A stretch of DNA of 64,000 bases, taken from NCBI GenBank assembly GCA_951406725.2, contig OX597820.1:67704001-67768000 (forward strand), in the 5' to 3' direction. The translations under genes and the position numbers were made by a program. Under the pieces are notes generated by a model. That model ran no database searches and was not told where the DNA came from. It saw nothing but the letters and a program-made list of their open reading frames with translations. This DNA comes from Octopus vulgaris (Eukaryota). Shown in pieces: positions 1 through 14,466 of this stretch; the first letter of the stretch is position 1, and the number at the start of each line of letters is the position of its first letter.

Positions 1-419
1 ACTGATACCGCGAAAGAACAGAAGGTATGTGGTTGATAGAAGTGTCTGAGTGGTGACAAAATGCCTTCTAGAATTTAGTTTATTATACCTTGTCCTTTTA
101 TGTTCTGAGATCAAATCCTGTCAACAGCATTAATAGTATTATTATTGCCAATCGTTATTATTGTTGATGCTATCATTAATGAGGGGTCTCCTCATCCTCT
201 CCAATTCATCTTGAGACGATATATGACATTTGTAATTGCTGGTGTCGTTAGAGATTTTTGTTGCTGTTGTCATCTTTGATGATGTTGTTATTTCCCCCGT
301 TTTATTGTTTGTTATCAGTGAGAGAAACTGGGCGAAATCAGGGCACCGCAGCCTACATGAGTAGATGTATGTAGAGACCTATACAGTCTACATCAGAGGA
401 GACTAATACACTCCAGCTT

Positions 420-1000
420 CCATCCCCATCACCACACGCACACGCACACACACACCGCCACCACCACCACCACCACAACAAAAAACAGCAACAACACAAT
501 CACCGCCACTAGTACCACCGGCATGATTATCATCACCGCCATCATTACCATCATCATCACAACTATCACCATCACCATCACCATCACCATCACCATCACC
601 GCCTCGACAACTACGCAACGGCATCTCTGCAACAACGACGATGACGACCTCCTCCACCGCCACCACAACAGACATCACCACAACCACAGACACCATTACC
701 ACCGATACTACGACCACCGCCGCCACCACCGCCGCCACCGCCGCCGCCACCGCCGCCGCCACCACCACCACCACTATCGCTATCAACACCATCGCCAACA
801 CCCACGCATTCACCACAATTGCAATCATCATCACCACGATTATCGCCATCTTCACAAACATCAGCATCTGCAAAACCACCACCACCACTACCACCACCAC
901 CACCTCCACCACTACCACCACCACCACCTCCACCACCGCCGCCGCCGCCGTCGTCATCGTCATCATCATCGTCAACATCATTATCGTCATCATTAACCTA
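420..1000. repeat. Compound trinucleotide microsatellite (CAC/CAT/CGC/CAA)
   Basis: Runs of CAC, CAT, CGC and (ATCACC)n; the ORFs here are low-complexity poly-H/T/V translations. Confidence 0.95.
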
Positions 1001-1486
1001 CAAAAGCACCGCTATCATACCTTTGGGTATGTTTGACAAGCTGACAGTAACAGGGCAGTTGATATCGAAAGATAGCAGGGACTAGGGGAAGGGTTTGGTG
1101 TTGAAAAGAAGGCAGAGAGAGGAGGGTGTGTGTATGTTTGTGTGTGTGCTAGTGGGTGTGTGTATGAGTGTGTGTGTGTGTGTGTGTGTGTTGGTAAGGA
1201 AGATGAAAAGGGAAGAAAAAAGGATTAGAAAAGAGTGAAAGAAAGAAGAAAATTTTGGAAGGCGAGGAAGAAAAAAGAGATGGCACAGGAAAAGGAGAAG
1301 TAGAAGAGGAATAAAAAAAAGGGGTTGAAAAGAAGAGAAGAAGAAGCGAAGTGGTGGAGGAAAGGAAAAAAAGGAGAGGAAAAATAGAACAAAAAAAAAA
1401 GGAGAAAAGAAAGGAAGATGTAAAAGTGGTGTTGGTGGTGGGGGAAGAAGTAGAAGTAGACGCGGAAGATTTAAAAAGCTGATAGC

Positions 1487-1594
1487 AATGGCGACAATGG
1501 TAAAGATTATGATATTGATGACGACTACGACCACCACGATGTTGTTGATGATGATGATGATGATGAAGACGATGATGGTGGCGATAATGATGAC

Positions 1595-1636
<42 letters not shown>

Positions 1637-1918
1637 AATAATGATGGTGATGACGATGATGATGATGATAATGACGACGACGGCGACGATGACGATGATG
1701 ATGATGAGGAGGAGGAGTTGGAAGCTGACGGAAGGAAAAGAATAAGTCATTCATGACTTTTACAAACAGAACCAACAGCAGTAGCAACAACAACAATATC
1801 AATTCTTTATTATTATTTATTATTTTATTCTTTTAGTGATTTGACAGTCGGGGGGCAGGGAACTGCGACTACGCTGGAGCACCATAAGAATATCAATTCG
1901 ATGATAATAACGATGGTA

Positions 1919-1968
<50 letters not shown>

Positions 1969-2192
1969 AATGATAATGATAATTTCCACGACGCTGACGA
2001 CGGCAGCGGTAACTGCGACCATAATGGCGACGGAGGTCGGATGTTAAAGCTTAGGCGATGCAACTCTAGTGGAGATGTTTGAAAGAGATGCGAAAGTTTT
2101 AGCACCTAAGGTGACGGTCTCGCTAAAACTAATTTGTCACAATGTTCATTCAGTAAAAGGAGAAACTCCCAACTTTATTATTATTATTATTA

Positions 2193-2266
<74 letters not shown>

Positions 2267-2280
2267 GTCGTTGTTGTTGT
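1487..2280. repeat. (GAT)n/(GAC)n and (TAT)n microsatellite cluster
   Basis: (GAT)n at ~1545-1705 and 1918-1980; (TAT)n at ~2175-2265. Confidence 0.95.
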
Positions 2281-2434
2281 TGTTTCGGCTCAAACAATGG
2301 ACAAACGCTTACACATTCACTGTAGAGAGCAGTGAGAGGTGCTCTACTCTCTTCTTCGTTCCAGCGCCCTCCAGAGCTCAGCACCGCTCAGCTCCAACTC
2401 CTCCTGGGAGTAAAATCACTTTATAAAGCTCTGT

Positions 2435-2474
<40 letters not shown>

Positions 2475-3261
2475 CTTTAGTAGTCTTTGTCGAGAAGGGG
2501 GTGGTATTGGTGATGGTGGTAGTGGCGAACGCAGCTATTTCCCTCTAAGTCCAAGAAATTCACCGCAGTAAAAAGGAGTGGTTAATCACTATGCTTGTGA
2601 AGTACGTGAAAAATAAGGGAGCAAGTTCGACTCCTTTAGGGGGTGTTGCAGAAAACTGTAGGGGGTCCTCTATGACAGAATCTGAGTCAGTTGTTGTTGA
2701 ATTACATCTTCACCTCCTGTCATCAGAGAACCTCTTGGGCGATGATAAATGGTGATAAGTTAGTTGTCAAGCCACAGCACAGACACGAAGCCCTATCTAT
2801 TTAATAATGTATGTGTGTATATATTTATACATTCACACGTACAAATGTAAACGTACATGTATGTATGTATGTAGATGTATGTATATAAATATGTATGTAT
2901 TTATATATGCAGGCAGGTATGTATGTAGATACAGACGAGCATACTAAAGCGTGCTCTGATAAATCCCATATACAAACATATACAAAGAACCATACACACA
3001 ATAAATACAAATGGACACTCGCACAATCATGCACACATATACGTACATGCATGCATACATACATACATACAGACAGACAGACAAACTTATAAATTCACAT
3101 ATGCGAAGACACGTGTGTACAAGTATTACTTATATACATCACGTTAGCAATGCGTTTCTCAAGATATAAAATAAAAGCTTTATATATCTGTGTTAGAATA
3201 TTATGCCTCACTAGATGTCTGTCTGTCTGTCTGACTATTTATCTATCTATCTATCTATCTA

Positions 3262-3304
<43 letters not shown>

Positions 3305-3305
3305 G

Positions 3306-3339
<34 letters not shown>

Positions 3340-3342
3340 GTC

Positions 3343-3549
3343 TAGCACGCCGGGCGAAATGCGTAGCCGTATTTCGTCTGCCGCTACGTTCTGAGTTCAA
3401 ATTCTGCCGAGGTCGACTTTGCCTTTCATCCTTTCGGGGTCGATAAATTAAGTACCAGTTAAGCACTGGGGTCGATGTAATCGTCTTAATCCGTTTGTCT
3501 GTCCTTGTTTGACCCCTCTATATTTAGCCCCTTGTGGGTAATAAAGAAA
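3343..3549 (+). mobile_element. SINE family A (Deu/Nin-domain-like), 5'-truncated
   Basis: GAGTTCAAATTC B-box-like motif and GCCTTTCATCCTTTCGGGGTCGATAAATTAAGTACCAG core; near-identical to 13368-13599 and 14864-15257. Confidence 0.85.
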
Positions 3550-3559
3550 CATATCTATC

Positions 3560-3650
<91 letters not shown>

Positions 3651-3665
3651 ATATCTATCTATCTA

Positions 3666-3737
<72 letters not shown>

Positions 3738-3989
3738 AATGGTTATACGCATAGAATATTTTTGTAGAAGCATATACTTATTTATGCAATATGTATGTGC
3801 CATATATGTATGCATATATATATATTTGTGTGCGTATATTTGCGTGTGTATATATATTTGTGCGTGTCTATTTGTGTGTGTGAATATATATGCACATATA
3901 TATATTTGTGTGTGTATGTATGCATGAATATAACTATTCCTTTAGGATTGCATACACACGCACACACGCACAGACATATCCTTTATGTG

Positions 3990-4177
3990 CTTCATTCATT
4001 AGACTGCAACCATGCTGGGGCACCTTCTCGAAGAATTTTACTCGAACGAATCGACCCCATTATTTGCGTTTTGTCTTTATAAGCTTGGTACTAATTCTAT
4101 CGGTGTCTAGTGCTGAAACGCTAAGTTACGGGTACGTAAACACACCAATACCGATTGTCAAGCGGTGGTGGGGGAAC

Positions 4178-4257
<80 letters not shown>

Positions 4258-4390
4258 ACACACACACAAACGGCGGACTTCCTTCAGTTTCCGTCTACAA
4301 AATCCACTGGGCCGCCCTTGACTGTAGTAAAAGACACATGTCCAAGGTGCTATGTAGTGGGGCTGAACCCAGAACCATGTTATGGTACAA
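3990..4390 (-). mobile_element. SINE family D (tRNA-derived, internal (CA)n), degenerate
   Basis: Reverse-complement similarity to 54685-55100 (ttcagtttccgtctac, gctgaaccc, atcgacccc blocks). Confidence 0.75.
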
Positions 4391-4773
4391 GAATTATAAT
4401 CCAGCGGTACGGACTTTGAAACAGTTTCTGTACAATTCTTGACATTTGGCAGAAGCCACTTCCTCAACTTGGCGAACAGTAGGACCGAGCCCTAAACAGA
4501 GTGACCACGAGGTGAACCCTTTAATAGCATGACTGTTCCTGCATAGCGGTCAATAAAGTAAACAAAACTAAGAAAAAAAACAAACAAAAATAAAAATCAA
4601 ATGTTATGGTACAAGAATATCAAACGTGTCAGAGTTAGTTATAACATAAGCTTCCGGTTGGTTAGTTGTGACTAAAAAGTAGTTTCGAATCCTTGTTAAA
4701 GTCATGCATACAAACTTGCATACAATACAAACATACATGCGTACGTACGAGAATACATATTTATAAGTTCATA

Positions 4774-5006
4774 CAAGATTGGCCAAAATTCAGCAGACAA
4801 TAAAGCAAAACCATTTAATTCCAAGATTTATTTATGTTTAATAACTGAATGAATTTAATAAAAAACATCTAAATATGAAACGTCATGAAAATTGTTCAAA
4901 CTGAAGTCCTTCTTGACCGACACATTTTTCCATTCGAGTCAATATAGAATTACTGATAGTATTTATGGATTTTTGATTTACTGTAGGGTGACTTTTGGCG
5001 AACCCT

Positions 5007-5007
<1 letters not shown>
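4774..5007. mobile_element. Degenerate Tc1/mariner-type MITE
   Basis: Imperfect TIRs: TA-CAAGATTGGCCAAAATTCAGCAGACAATA vs reverse complement of right end CAGGGTTCGCCAAAAGTCACCCTACAGTA. Confidence 0.55.
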
Positions 5008-5058
<51 letters not shown>

Positions 5059-5063
<5 letters not shown>

Positions 5064-5275
5064 AGTTTAAATTTACAGAAAACGAAAGAGGAAGCCAGGT
5101 GAGGGAACAACAAATAGTTGTTCTCGGCAAGAAACGTCTTTGATGTTTCGAGAGCCTACGCTCTTCAACAGAAAGGGTTGAGAGAAAAAATATGGAGTCA
5201 GAATGAAAAGAAAAGCCAAAAAGAAAAAAAAAACCCGGGGAGCAAAAAATGTGTCGGCATTAACGGTTCAAAACA
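5059..5275 (-). mobile_element. Penelope-like pLTR/3' fragment with degenerate hammerhead motif (5138-5175)
   Basis: Minus strand CTTT-CTGTTGA-A-GAGC-GTAG-GCTC-TC-GAAA-CATC-AAAG; abuts (TA)n; similar to 47715-47905. Confidence 0.7.
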
Positions 5276-5295
5276 CACACACACCTTTGTATATG

Positions 5296-5346
<51 letters not shown>

Positions 5347-5748
5347 GCGATATTTTTGGGTAGGCAGCGTCGATTTTTACAATTCTGTAAATAATAATAA
5401 TAATATCTTATAAGCTTAAAACTTATAAGGCACCACTGTCCGATGACTAGAGAAAATGGAAGAAAAAGTAGGTTTCTCGTACGCGTGGGAGTTGAACTCA
5501 CAAATGTATGTATGTATATATACATATAAATATATATATATATAATTGTGTGTGTGTGTGTGTGTGTGTACGTGTAATCTTGACCTACAAATCATGAACT
5601 TTGTTTTGAAGCTCGCGGTAAGAAGGAGATTCTAAAAATATTTTGTCAAAATATATAAAAATCTTTCAAGATGAGCAGCAAGATCCAAATATTCAATGAC
5701 GTCAATAATGCCTACTCCCATGAGCGCGTGTACATTCATATGTATCTA

Positions 5749-5815
<67 letters not shown>

Positions 5816-5816
5816 A

Positions 5817-6430
5817 CACGTGGTCTGATCAATAACTATCCGGACTGTTACGCTACCATCGAAGCTAAAGCACAAAGAGTAAAGCCGATTGGCACAGATT
5901 GATCTTCAACTCTGTTGTGCATGGAAGCGCACTATGTTTACAGCGGTGCTTGGAAGAAAGGTGTGTAGCGTGTGGGATAATGAATTGAACTGAATCGTAA
6001 CTAATCTGCACATCTTCTGATACGTCATGGATGGTGATTCGACGATTTCTACTCACAGCTTCACACACATCTGCGATGTTTTTCTGAATTCTGCTGGTTG
6101 CGAGTTCCCTGAACGTTCGTCACTATCGACATTTGTTCGGCTATATTGTAAACGTCTGAACCACTCGTACACTTGTGAGCGGCTCATACTCTCCATGCAC
6201 TTTCTTCAACTTTGCGTTGGCCTCTGAGAAGGTATTGCCATGACAACTTTCTCTGTCATGGTCAACGCCACGATCACAGGCTACACACGTTCCTTCGAAA
6301 ATAAACAGCGAAAGTGAGCTAGAACGTCAAAACTTAGTCGAAGGTGAATTTGTGCTAAGAGGCTTTATTCTGTGGGTTTTAGATTCGTTACTATGGCAAC
6401 AGTCTGGACACTTATTGATTTCACATCGTG
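5817..6430 (-). mobile_element. Internally deleted mariner DNA transposon
   Basis: Imperfect ~95-bp TIRs (CACGTGGTCTGATCAATAACTATCCGGACTGTT vs CACGATGTGAAATCAATAAGTGTCCAGACTGTT), TA at left; minus-strand relic MSRSQVYEWFRRL..DSDERSG..NIADVCEAVSRNRRITIHDVSEDVQISYDSVQFII resembles the mariner HTH region; no DDD domain. Confidence 0.88.
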
Positions 6431-6438
6431 TGTGTGTT

Positions 6439-6474
<36 letters not shown>

Positions 6475-6735
6475 CGTGTGTGTGTGTGTGTGTGTATATA
6501 TACACATGCATAATACAACATATGTACATGCATGTATATGTGTATATATCTGTATTCATATATGTATAAATATACATGCATAATACATACATAAATACAC
6601 ACATGCATGCATACATACATATATGTATATTTATGCGTGTATACATACATTCCTTATACACATATATACACACACATACATATATATATATATAAATACA
6701 TACAGACGTACATGCACACGTACATGCATACACGT

Positions 6736-6861
6736 ATCCATCCATCCATCCGTCCATCCATCCATCCATCCATCCATCCATCCATCCATCCATCCATCCA
6801 TCCATCCATCCATCCATCCATCCATCCATCCATCCATCCATCCATCCATCCATCCATCCAT
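6736..6861. repeat. (TCCA)n microsatellite
   Basis: Nearly perfect tetranucleotide run. Confidence 0.95.
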
Positions 6862-7686
6862 ACATGCATACTATTAAGGTTTACCAGTAAATGTCTAAAT
6901 ATTTTTTGTAGGTTAGAAACCGGCTTTTTCTCCATTATGAGAAATCCCAAGAAAAAAATATAGGCAAGAAACCTACAACACGTATACCAACACACACACA
7001 CTCACACACTCACGCACACACAGCCACCCACCCACACACATCCATACACACGCACAGACACACACGGAACACCTACAAACGCAACACGTACACAGTGTCA
7101 CGAATGTATTTAGAGAGGTGTCTACTTCTGGTTGCGCACATACATTTTCTCTCATCACATGCCAACTAAAATATACACATGTACACACTCAAGCACAATT
7201 AAACACATTACCAACAAGGGAATCTCTATGTGGGCGATCTATTTGCTAGAAATAGCGCACATACTTCAGATAAATCATACCGTGGTCTTTTAAAAACAGA
7301 ACTTTATAACATGTTCTTTGATCATAGTATTTAACAAACAAGGTTGACCTAGGTGGTGTAGAACTGTATATAATGTAATTTACAAAGGTAATATATAGGA
7401 CATTTCAAATGCTGGATGCAGAACAGTGTAAACAGGTGGCTTTCGCAATAGATTTCTGCCAAACCCAGCAGGGACAAAAAAATATTCTTATCCATAATTT
7501 GCATTCTCTGTTAATCGGCGTTATCTCTCGGTCTCTGTCACTCAATCTGCTATGCATACATACATATATGTATATGTATGACTATATTTATATATATATG
7601 TATAGGAGATTGAAAGACAGAGACATACGTATTTTATACATAAACATATATATGCATGCGTACGAAGAATATTATATAACACACAC

Positions 7687-7744
<58 letters not shown>

Positions 7745-8911
7745 GGCATTACTATACATAAATGCCACACGCTAGGAAGGAGGGACTCACCCATATATGC
7801 TATATCATTTTTTCGCACATATGCATATATATATGCTTGTGACTAGTATATGTATGTATATATATGCGTATATATGTATATATATATATATATATATACA
7901 TGTATATGCACATGCATATCTACACACACACACACATCTATATATTTATACACATGCGTATATGTATGTCTTCATATATAATATATATATATAATTAAAT
8001 TCACATCTGTCTGTCTGTCTGTCCGTCTTTCTATGTACATGTAATTAATTATCTTAATACATATGTGTGTGTGTGTATGTGTGTGTATGTGTATATGTGT
8101 ATGTGTGTGTTGTGTTTGTGTGTGTGTGTGTGTGTGCATATTGCTGTATGGATATTTCGTGAAGGTACATACATACAAGTTCTATATATCCATATATACA
8201 TACACACGCATACACGTGCGCACTCGCGGGCACACACGCATAAACACACATATAACTATAAGTATGTATACAAACGCATCTGAGAATCGAACACGCATAC
8301 ACTCACATGCACACAGTCATCAATATATTTTTAGAGCAAGCGAGAGCCAGAAAGGTGATAGATATGAAGGCAGAAAGAAAAAATATTATCCATAGACTGT
8401 CTATATTTATGACGACTCATTTTCAACATATTAATTACCTTCGAGCTTCTAAGAAGTTATCTTTCAGAGCGTATATGCTTGCATGTATGTATGTATGTAT
8501 GTATGTATGTATGTATGTATGTATGTATGTATGTATGTATGTATGTATGTATGTATGTATGTATGTATGTATGTATGTATGTATGTATATATGTATGTAT
8601 GTACGTACGTATGTATGTATATATGTATGTATGTATGTATGGAAGGATGTATGTATGTATGGAAGGATGTATGGAAGGATGTATGGATGTATGGAAGGAT
8701 GTATGGATGGACGCGTGTATGTATGTATGAATGTATGAATTGATGGATTGATGACTGTATGTCTGTATGTACTCATGTATGAATATATGAATAGATGGAT
8801 GGATATACAGATATATATATCTGTATATATTTGTATGTATGTACGTATTTATGTATGCATGTGTGTGTGTGTCGGAGCATGACTGGGCTCGTATATATGT
8901 ATGTATATGTT

Positions 8912-8986
<75 letters not shown>

Positions 8987-9002
8987 TCACACACACACAC
9001 AC

Positions 9003-9081
<79 letters not shown>

Positions 9082-9896
9082 TGTGTGTGTGTATGTGTGA
9101 GTAATTATAAATATATGTGTATGTGCGTGTGTATGTGTGTACAGAAACGTATGTGCATCCTTATATCAATGAAATACATATATAGACAAGCCTATAGAAG
9201 CACACGCACACACACACACACACACATACACACAAACACAAACACAAACACACATACACACACACACACGCTCACTCTCACATAGACACTCTCTCGCACA
9301 CACACATATATTCGTATATGAACGCGTATACATTCGCCTCAATTGGCACAAAAATCCTCCTCCTTTAAAATAGCTTAACGAAAATAATGTCAGAAATCAT
9401 AACCATTAACACATTTTTAATACGCGACTAATTATCACAACCACAACGGTTTATCAATCTTCACCTACATTAAAAAACTGCCTACTGCTTGTAAGGTGAC
9501 TTACACATCTATCACGATACGTAGGTTAGTTTATTTTTTGAATTTTTTTGTTCGAATTAAACGAACGTTATACATATATATATACATTTTATTATGCATA
9601 ATGTGTGATTTATTTCATAAAGAACGATATTGTTTTTTTTTTTGCATTCTCCTCTTCTTCTTTTCCGTCTTCATTCTCTTACATTCTCTCTCGCACTTCC
9701 TCTTTAATACACCATCTCTCGGTTTTATCACTTTGTTGCTATTACATACTTCTACTCCCTCCATCTTGTTTTTGGTTTTTGTTGTGTGTGTAAAGGAATG
9801 ATGAATCGTACCTTCTTACGCAGAGAATTGTTTGATACATACACTCTCGCACGCACACACACACATTTATGCATGATGATATATAAGTGCATACAC

Positions 9897-9966
<70 letters not shown>

Positions 9967-9968
<2 letters not shown>

Positions 9969-10291
9969 ATGCGCAATGGCCCAGTGGTTAGGGTAGCGGA
10001 TTCGCGGTCGTAAGATCGTGGTTTCGATTCTCAGACCGGGCGTTGTGAGTGTTTATTGAGCGAAAACACATAAAGCTCCACGAGCATCCAGCAGGAGGTG
10101 GTGGCGAACCCTGCTGTACTCTTTCACCACAATTTTTTCTTACTCTTTCTTCCAGTTTCTGTTGTACCTGTGTCACGCTGAATCTCCCCGAGAACTACGT
10201 TAAGAGTATACGTGTCTGTGGAGTGCTCAGGCACTTGCATGTTAATTTCACGAACAGGCTTTTCCTCGTTGACATAACCGACGGAGGTGCC
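9967..10291 (+). mobile_element. SINE family B (tRNA-derived)
   Basis: A box TGGCCCAGTGG, B box GTTTCGATTCTC; highly similar to 40745-41123. Confidence 0.9.
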
Positions 10292-10397
10292 ACGTTATAT
10301 ATATATATATAAACACACAGGTAAACATGCATTTATACAGAAATGCATAGTACAAACATGCATCCACGACACATGTATATATATCTATATAAATATA

Positions 10398-10558
10398 CGA
10401 CGAGCCTCTTTCAGTTTCTTACCAATCAACTCACAAGGCTTTGCATGGCCCTAGGATATAGTAGAAGATATTTGCCCTGGGTCCCGCACAGATGGACATA
10501 ACTTGGTACCCTGGAGTTGGGCTGTAAACATCTTGTCTTAAAGCCACACATGCGCCTA
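10398..10558 (-). mobile_element. SINE family D 5' part, degenerate
   Basis: ttcagtttct..caaggctttg..gtagaaga blocks shared with other D copies. Confidence 0.65.
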
Positions 10559-10731
10559 TATCTATGAAAGTATAAAACATGTTTATATATACCTGTATAT
10601 AAGGGTATGTCCTTGATAAGCCCCAAATATGTGTGTGTGTATATGTATGTGTGTATATATTATATACATACATTTTTGTATATAATGTGTATTCTGGAGT
10701 ATATGTGTTATATGTGAACTGTTATATGTGA

Positions 10732-11132
10732 ACTGGCTTCCGTGCCGGTAGCACGTAAAAAGCACCATTCGAGCGTGATCGTTACCTGCGTCGCCTTACT
10801 GGCGCTTGTACTGGTGGCACGTGAAAAAACATACGAGCGAAGTCGTTGCCAGTGTCGCTAGACTGGCTCCTGTGCAGGTGATACATAAAAAGCACCATTT
10901 GAGTGTGGCCTTTGCCAGTACCGCCTGACTGGCCCTCGTGCCGGTGGCACGTAAAAGCACCCACTACACTCTCGCAGTGGTTGGCGTTAGGAAGGGCATC
11001 CAGGTGTAGAAACTCTGCCAGATCAGATTGGAGCCTGGTGCAGCCATCTGGTTCGCCAGACCTCAGTCAAATCGTCCAACCCATGCAAGCATGGAAAGCG
11101 GACGTTAAACGATGATGATGATGATGATGATG
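10732..11132 (+). mobile_element. Non-LTR retroposon 3' portion with internal tandem units and (GAT)n tail
   Basis: Four internal copies of ~GTGCCGGTGGCACGTAAAAAGCACC, then GGTTGGCGTTAGGAAGGGCATCCAG and terminal (GAT)n; RTE-type tail inferred. Confidence 0.75.
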
Positions 11133-11196
11133 TTATATATCTAAGCACACGCACAAAAAATCACACACACGTACATATATATATACATACATACAC

Positions 11197-11311
<115 letters not shown>

Positions 11312-12198
11312 TTTTTATAAAATACATTACTTTACTTCATGGCGTCAATTTTATATCACACCTGTCCGCTCACTTAACTGTTGAAAATCCGATATTTGAC
11401 TTAATAAGAAACTGCAGTTTATACATACCTTAATAGTTATATGAGCTGAACCGGTAAAACATTTATAATTTCAACGAATATAAATTTTAAATTAAACTAA
11501 ATTTGTGTAGAGAGATTGAGTTTTAGTTCGTGTTTTACTTTACATATTTGGCGAGGCAATTGTGAATTTGTTTATTGAGTTGGGAAAATGATATACTTAC
11601 AAATTTTAATCTACTTAGGAGCATGGCTACATGTTTATTCTACATACAAGGCAATGCAATTATGTGAAGTTCATGCATTTCTTATCAGCTTTCGACTTCC
11701 TAAATTATTTCCAAGAATGCGAAGATAACTATTTAAATTTAAAGGAATAAAACAAATGGAAAAAAAATAAATTTAAATATATGAATTTATTTAAATAAAT
11801 TTAGCCATTTATATAAATTATCTATTTAAATATATTTATCAGTTCAGAGACAATGAAAGACACGTAGGACTTTTCAGTTAAATTTGAAATGTAAAATTTG
11901 AAATTAACCTCTCTAAAGTCGAGAATTAGTTCATTATATTCATTATAAATATTCATAGAATCATTTGTAATACAAATTGAGAGGATAAAAAGAGGAAAAG
12001 GAATTTTTACTGAGTGATTTCCACTCCAAGATTTGATATAATTGTGTGTATATTCAATTTAAATTATATAATTTACTAACAAGAAAACTGGGAACCGCCA
12101 TTTTGTCAATATCGATCAACTTGTCTTTCTTTAAATGTCACAAACTTTCTGGTTTGTCCTCCACCTACATTTTTGTTTCAATTCTCCCTTATTTCGTT

Positions 12199-12271
<73 letters not shown>

Positions 12272-13367
12272 GCTCCTGGATTGCTTATCTTTTAAAATTT
12301 AATATACATACATATATACGTACACACACACACACACGCACACACATTTCTAAGTCCGGAAGGACCGCCATCTTATTAGCGTTACGTTGCATAACAAGTC
12401 TTATTGCTGTCGCATAGTCGAAAAACATTCCATCTATACGAATATCTTCTTATTTTTTGTTACCTTTTTGTTGCTTATTTGTTTCTTTCATTTTATATAT
12501 TTCCCCGTTTTCCTTATAACTTGTAGTATTCAAAGTTCAGTGTAGAGACCTCGTCCTTCCTTGTTATTTTACTTGGTTTATTTTTCTGTGTTCGTGTTTT
12601 GTATGTTATGTTCATTTATATCCGAGAAGCTTATGCTAATGATATCGTCAAATTGAACAATATTATCGGAATGTGTCGAAATTGTGATAACATTTGGTCG
12701 ATAACTGATGAGGAATTGAGTATGTTCACATCCGTTGTATATGTTTTCTCATGTTTTTCAGTATGTTCCTTTGTCGTCTCATTGTGCCACAAATATCCAC
12801 TGGGAGGCAGTGTCACAGCAACACTACAGTCCAATGACTGAAGAAACCATAAATGATGCGTTAACGGGTTCGATCTCGCTGACTGAGAACTTGCGTAAGT
12901 GCCTTCTGTAGTAAGCCTAAGGTCGATCGAATCTTGTAGAAGAAGCTCAGAAGACTATAATGTGTTGGTTCTCTTAACTTCCCTTAGTTTAGCGTCCCAT
13001 GTTTCTTTCTGAGACTACCCTTTTCTCCCCCTTTCACTTTCCCAACCTCTCCCACTAACGGCGTTATCTTGCCTCTTTGTACTTATAGACTGGATCTGGG
13101 TGGAAAGTCTGTCGTATAGATTGTATTTGTTATTCGAAGGGCGAACTTTGTTATATGGATTGTATAACTTTTGTTATATGGATTGTATAAATTGTGTTAT
13201 ATAAAAGGGCGAACTTTTGTTATATAGATTGTATTTGTTATTCGAAGGGCGTCTGTCTCTCCCTATCGCTTGTTATTTCCCATTATCTCTGCCCGCAGCA
13301 GAATGCGCACTCACATGAAATAGTTACCCTCACAGAATAAACCTATCTTTTTTGGTTTATTCTGTGT

Positions 13368-13599
13368 GGCGGTGAGCTGGCAGAAACGTTAGCACGCCGG
13401 GCGAAGTTGCTTAGCGGTATTTCGTCTGCCGTTACGTTCTGAGTTCAAATTCTGCCGAGATCGACTTTGCCTTTCATCCTTTCGAGGTCGATAAATTAAG
13501 TACCAGTTGCGCACTGGGGTCGATGTAATCAACTTAATTCCTTTGTCTGTCCTTGTTTGTCCCCTATATGTTTAGCCCCTTGTGGGCAATAAAGAAATA
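13368..13599 (+). mobile_element. SINE family A, full length, 16-bp TSD
   Basis: GGCGGTGAGCTGGCAGAAACGTTAG head to AATAAAGAAATA tail; AGAATAAACCTATCTT at 13334-13349 and 13600-13615. Confidence 0.92.
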
Positions 13600-13754
13600 A
13601 GAATAAACCTATCTTATTGGACACACTTCATGTTAGTTTCATGAGTCATACTCTTCCGTGCTGGCTTAGTTTGAATTTTGGAGTTTTCCCTCTATATTGA
13701 TTGCTTTCACCTCAGCTAAGGAGCGCAATCTACCCTTAAAAGAGTAGCTTGCTT

Positions 13755-13895
13755 TAACCAATAGATGAGATCCTGATACGACCTGGATCAAAGCAGACCT
13801 TTGGGAATAAGGGTAATTAAAGGGTGACAACACGCTCCCCAAAACTCACGAACTGGAGCCCCACGACTGGATGCAGTTTACTGTTGTACCTAGAT
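13755..13895 (-). mobile_element. Degenerate dispersed repeat (RTE-associated SINE/UTR-like)
   Basis: Minus strand ..TAAACTGCATCCAGTCGTGGGGCTCCAGTTC..GGGGAGCGTG.. resembles a motif I associate with RTE-related retroposons; single copy in window. Confidence 0.4.
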
Positions 13896-14466
13896 CGTTT
13901 AAAGGTTACATTAAGGGTACATGTGTATAGGTATATGAGGTGTTATGCTATAACATTGCAAAATAGCAATTGATTCGAATTGAAATATGTAATTCGAATT
14001 GAAATATGTTATTGAAATATGTAATAAAATTAGCTGTTTTTATATTCAGAGTGTAACTAAATTTACATTATCCAGTGTTTCCTTACTTTTGAGAAAGACT
14101 TGGTTGTTATGTCTAGCAAAGGGAGTAGCCACATAGATACTCTCGCTTTGATTTGTTGTTATGTAATGTATTGAAATGTTGTTTTTGTTGTTGTTTATTC
14201 CTGTTATCAAAAGCATTCCACTTGCACTCTCATCTTTTTATTTTTCAGCAATTGCTAATTGATCTAAGTTTCGAAGCGAACCACTTGCTGCCTAAAGTAT
14301 TGAAACAGCTTTTGGCGTAAGAAGGAGCATATATAGAACATTAGATGTAAATATAGCAGACTTTGATATTTCTTTTACAGATGTTGGTAAAGTGGGTTTT
14401 GAGAAATGTATCTTGATTAAAATCATTTCCCTGGAATATGAAACCAACATAGGATCTGAATATGAA

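Noticed and set aside
403-2426. Poly-H/T/V/M/I/P ORFs as proteins
   Set aside because: Translations of trinucleotide microsatellites, open in many frames on both strands
2372-2432. DJ-1/PfpI-like motif LYKVILLPGGVGA on the minus strand
   Set aside because: In-frame TGA follows within four codons and no other DJ-1 exons are visible; likely coincidence
12706-12745. CTGATGAG hammerhead-like start (also 2715-2726 minus and 46790-46802 minus)
   Set aside because: No stem II followed by GAAA
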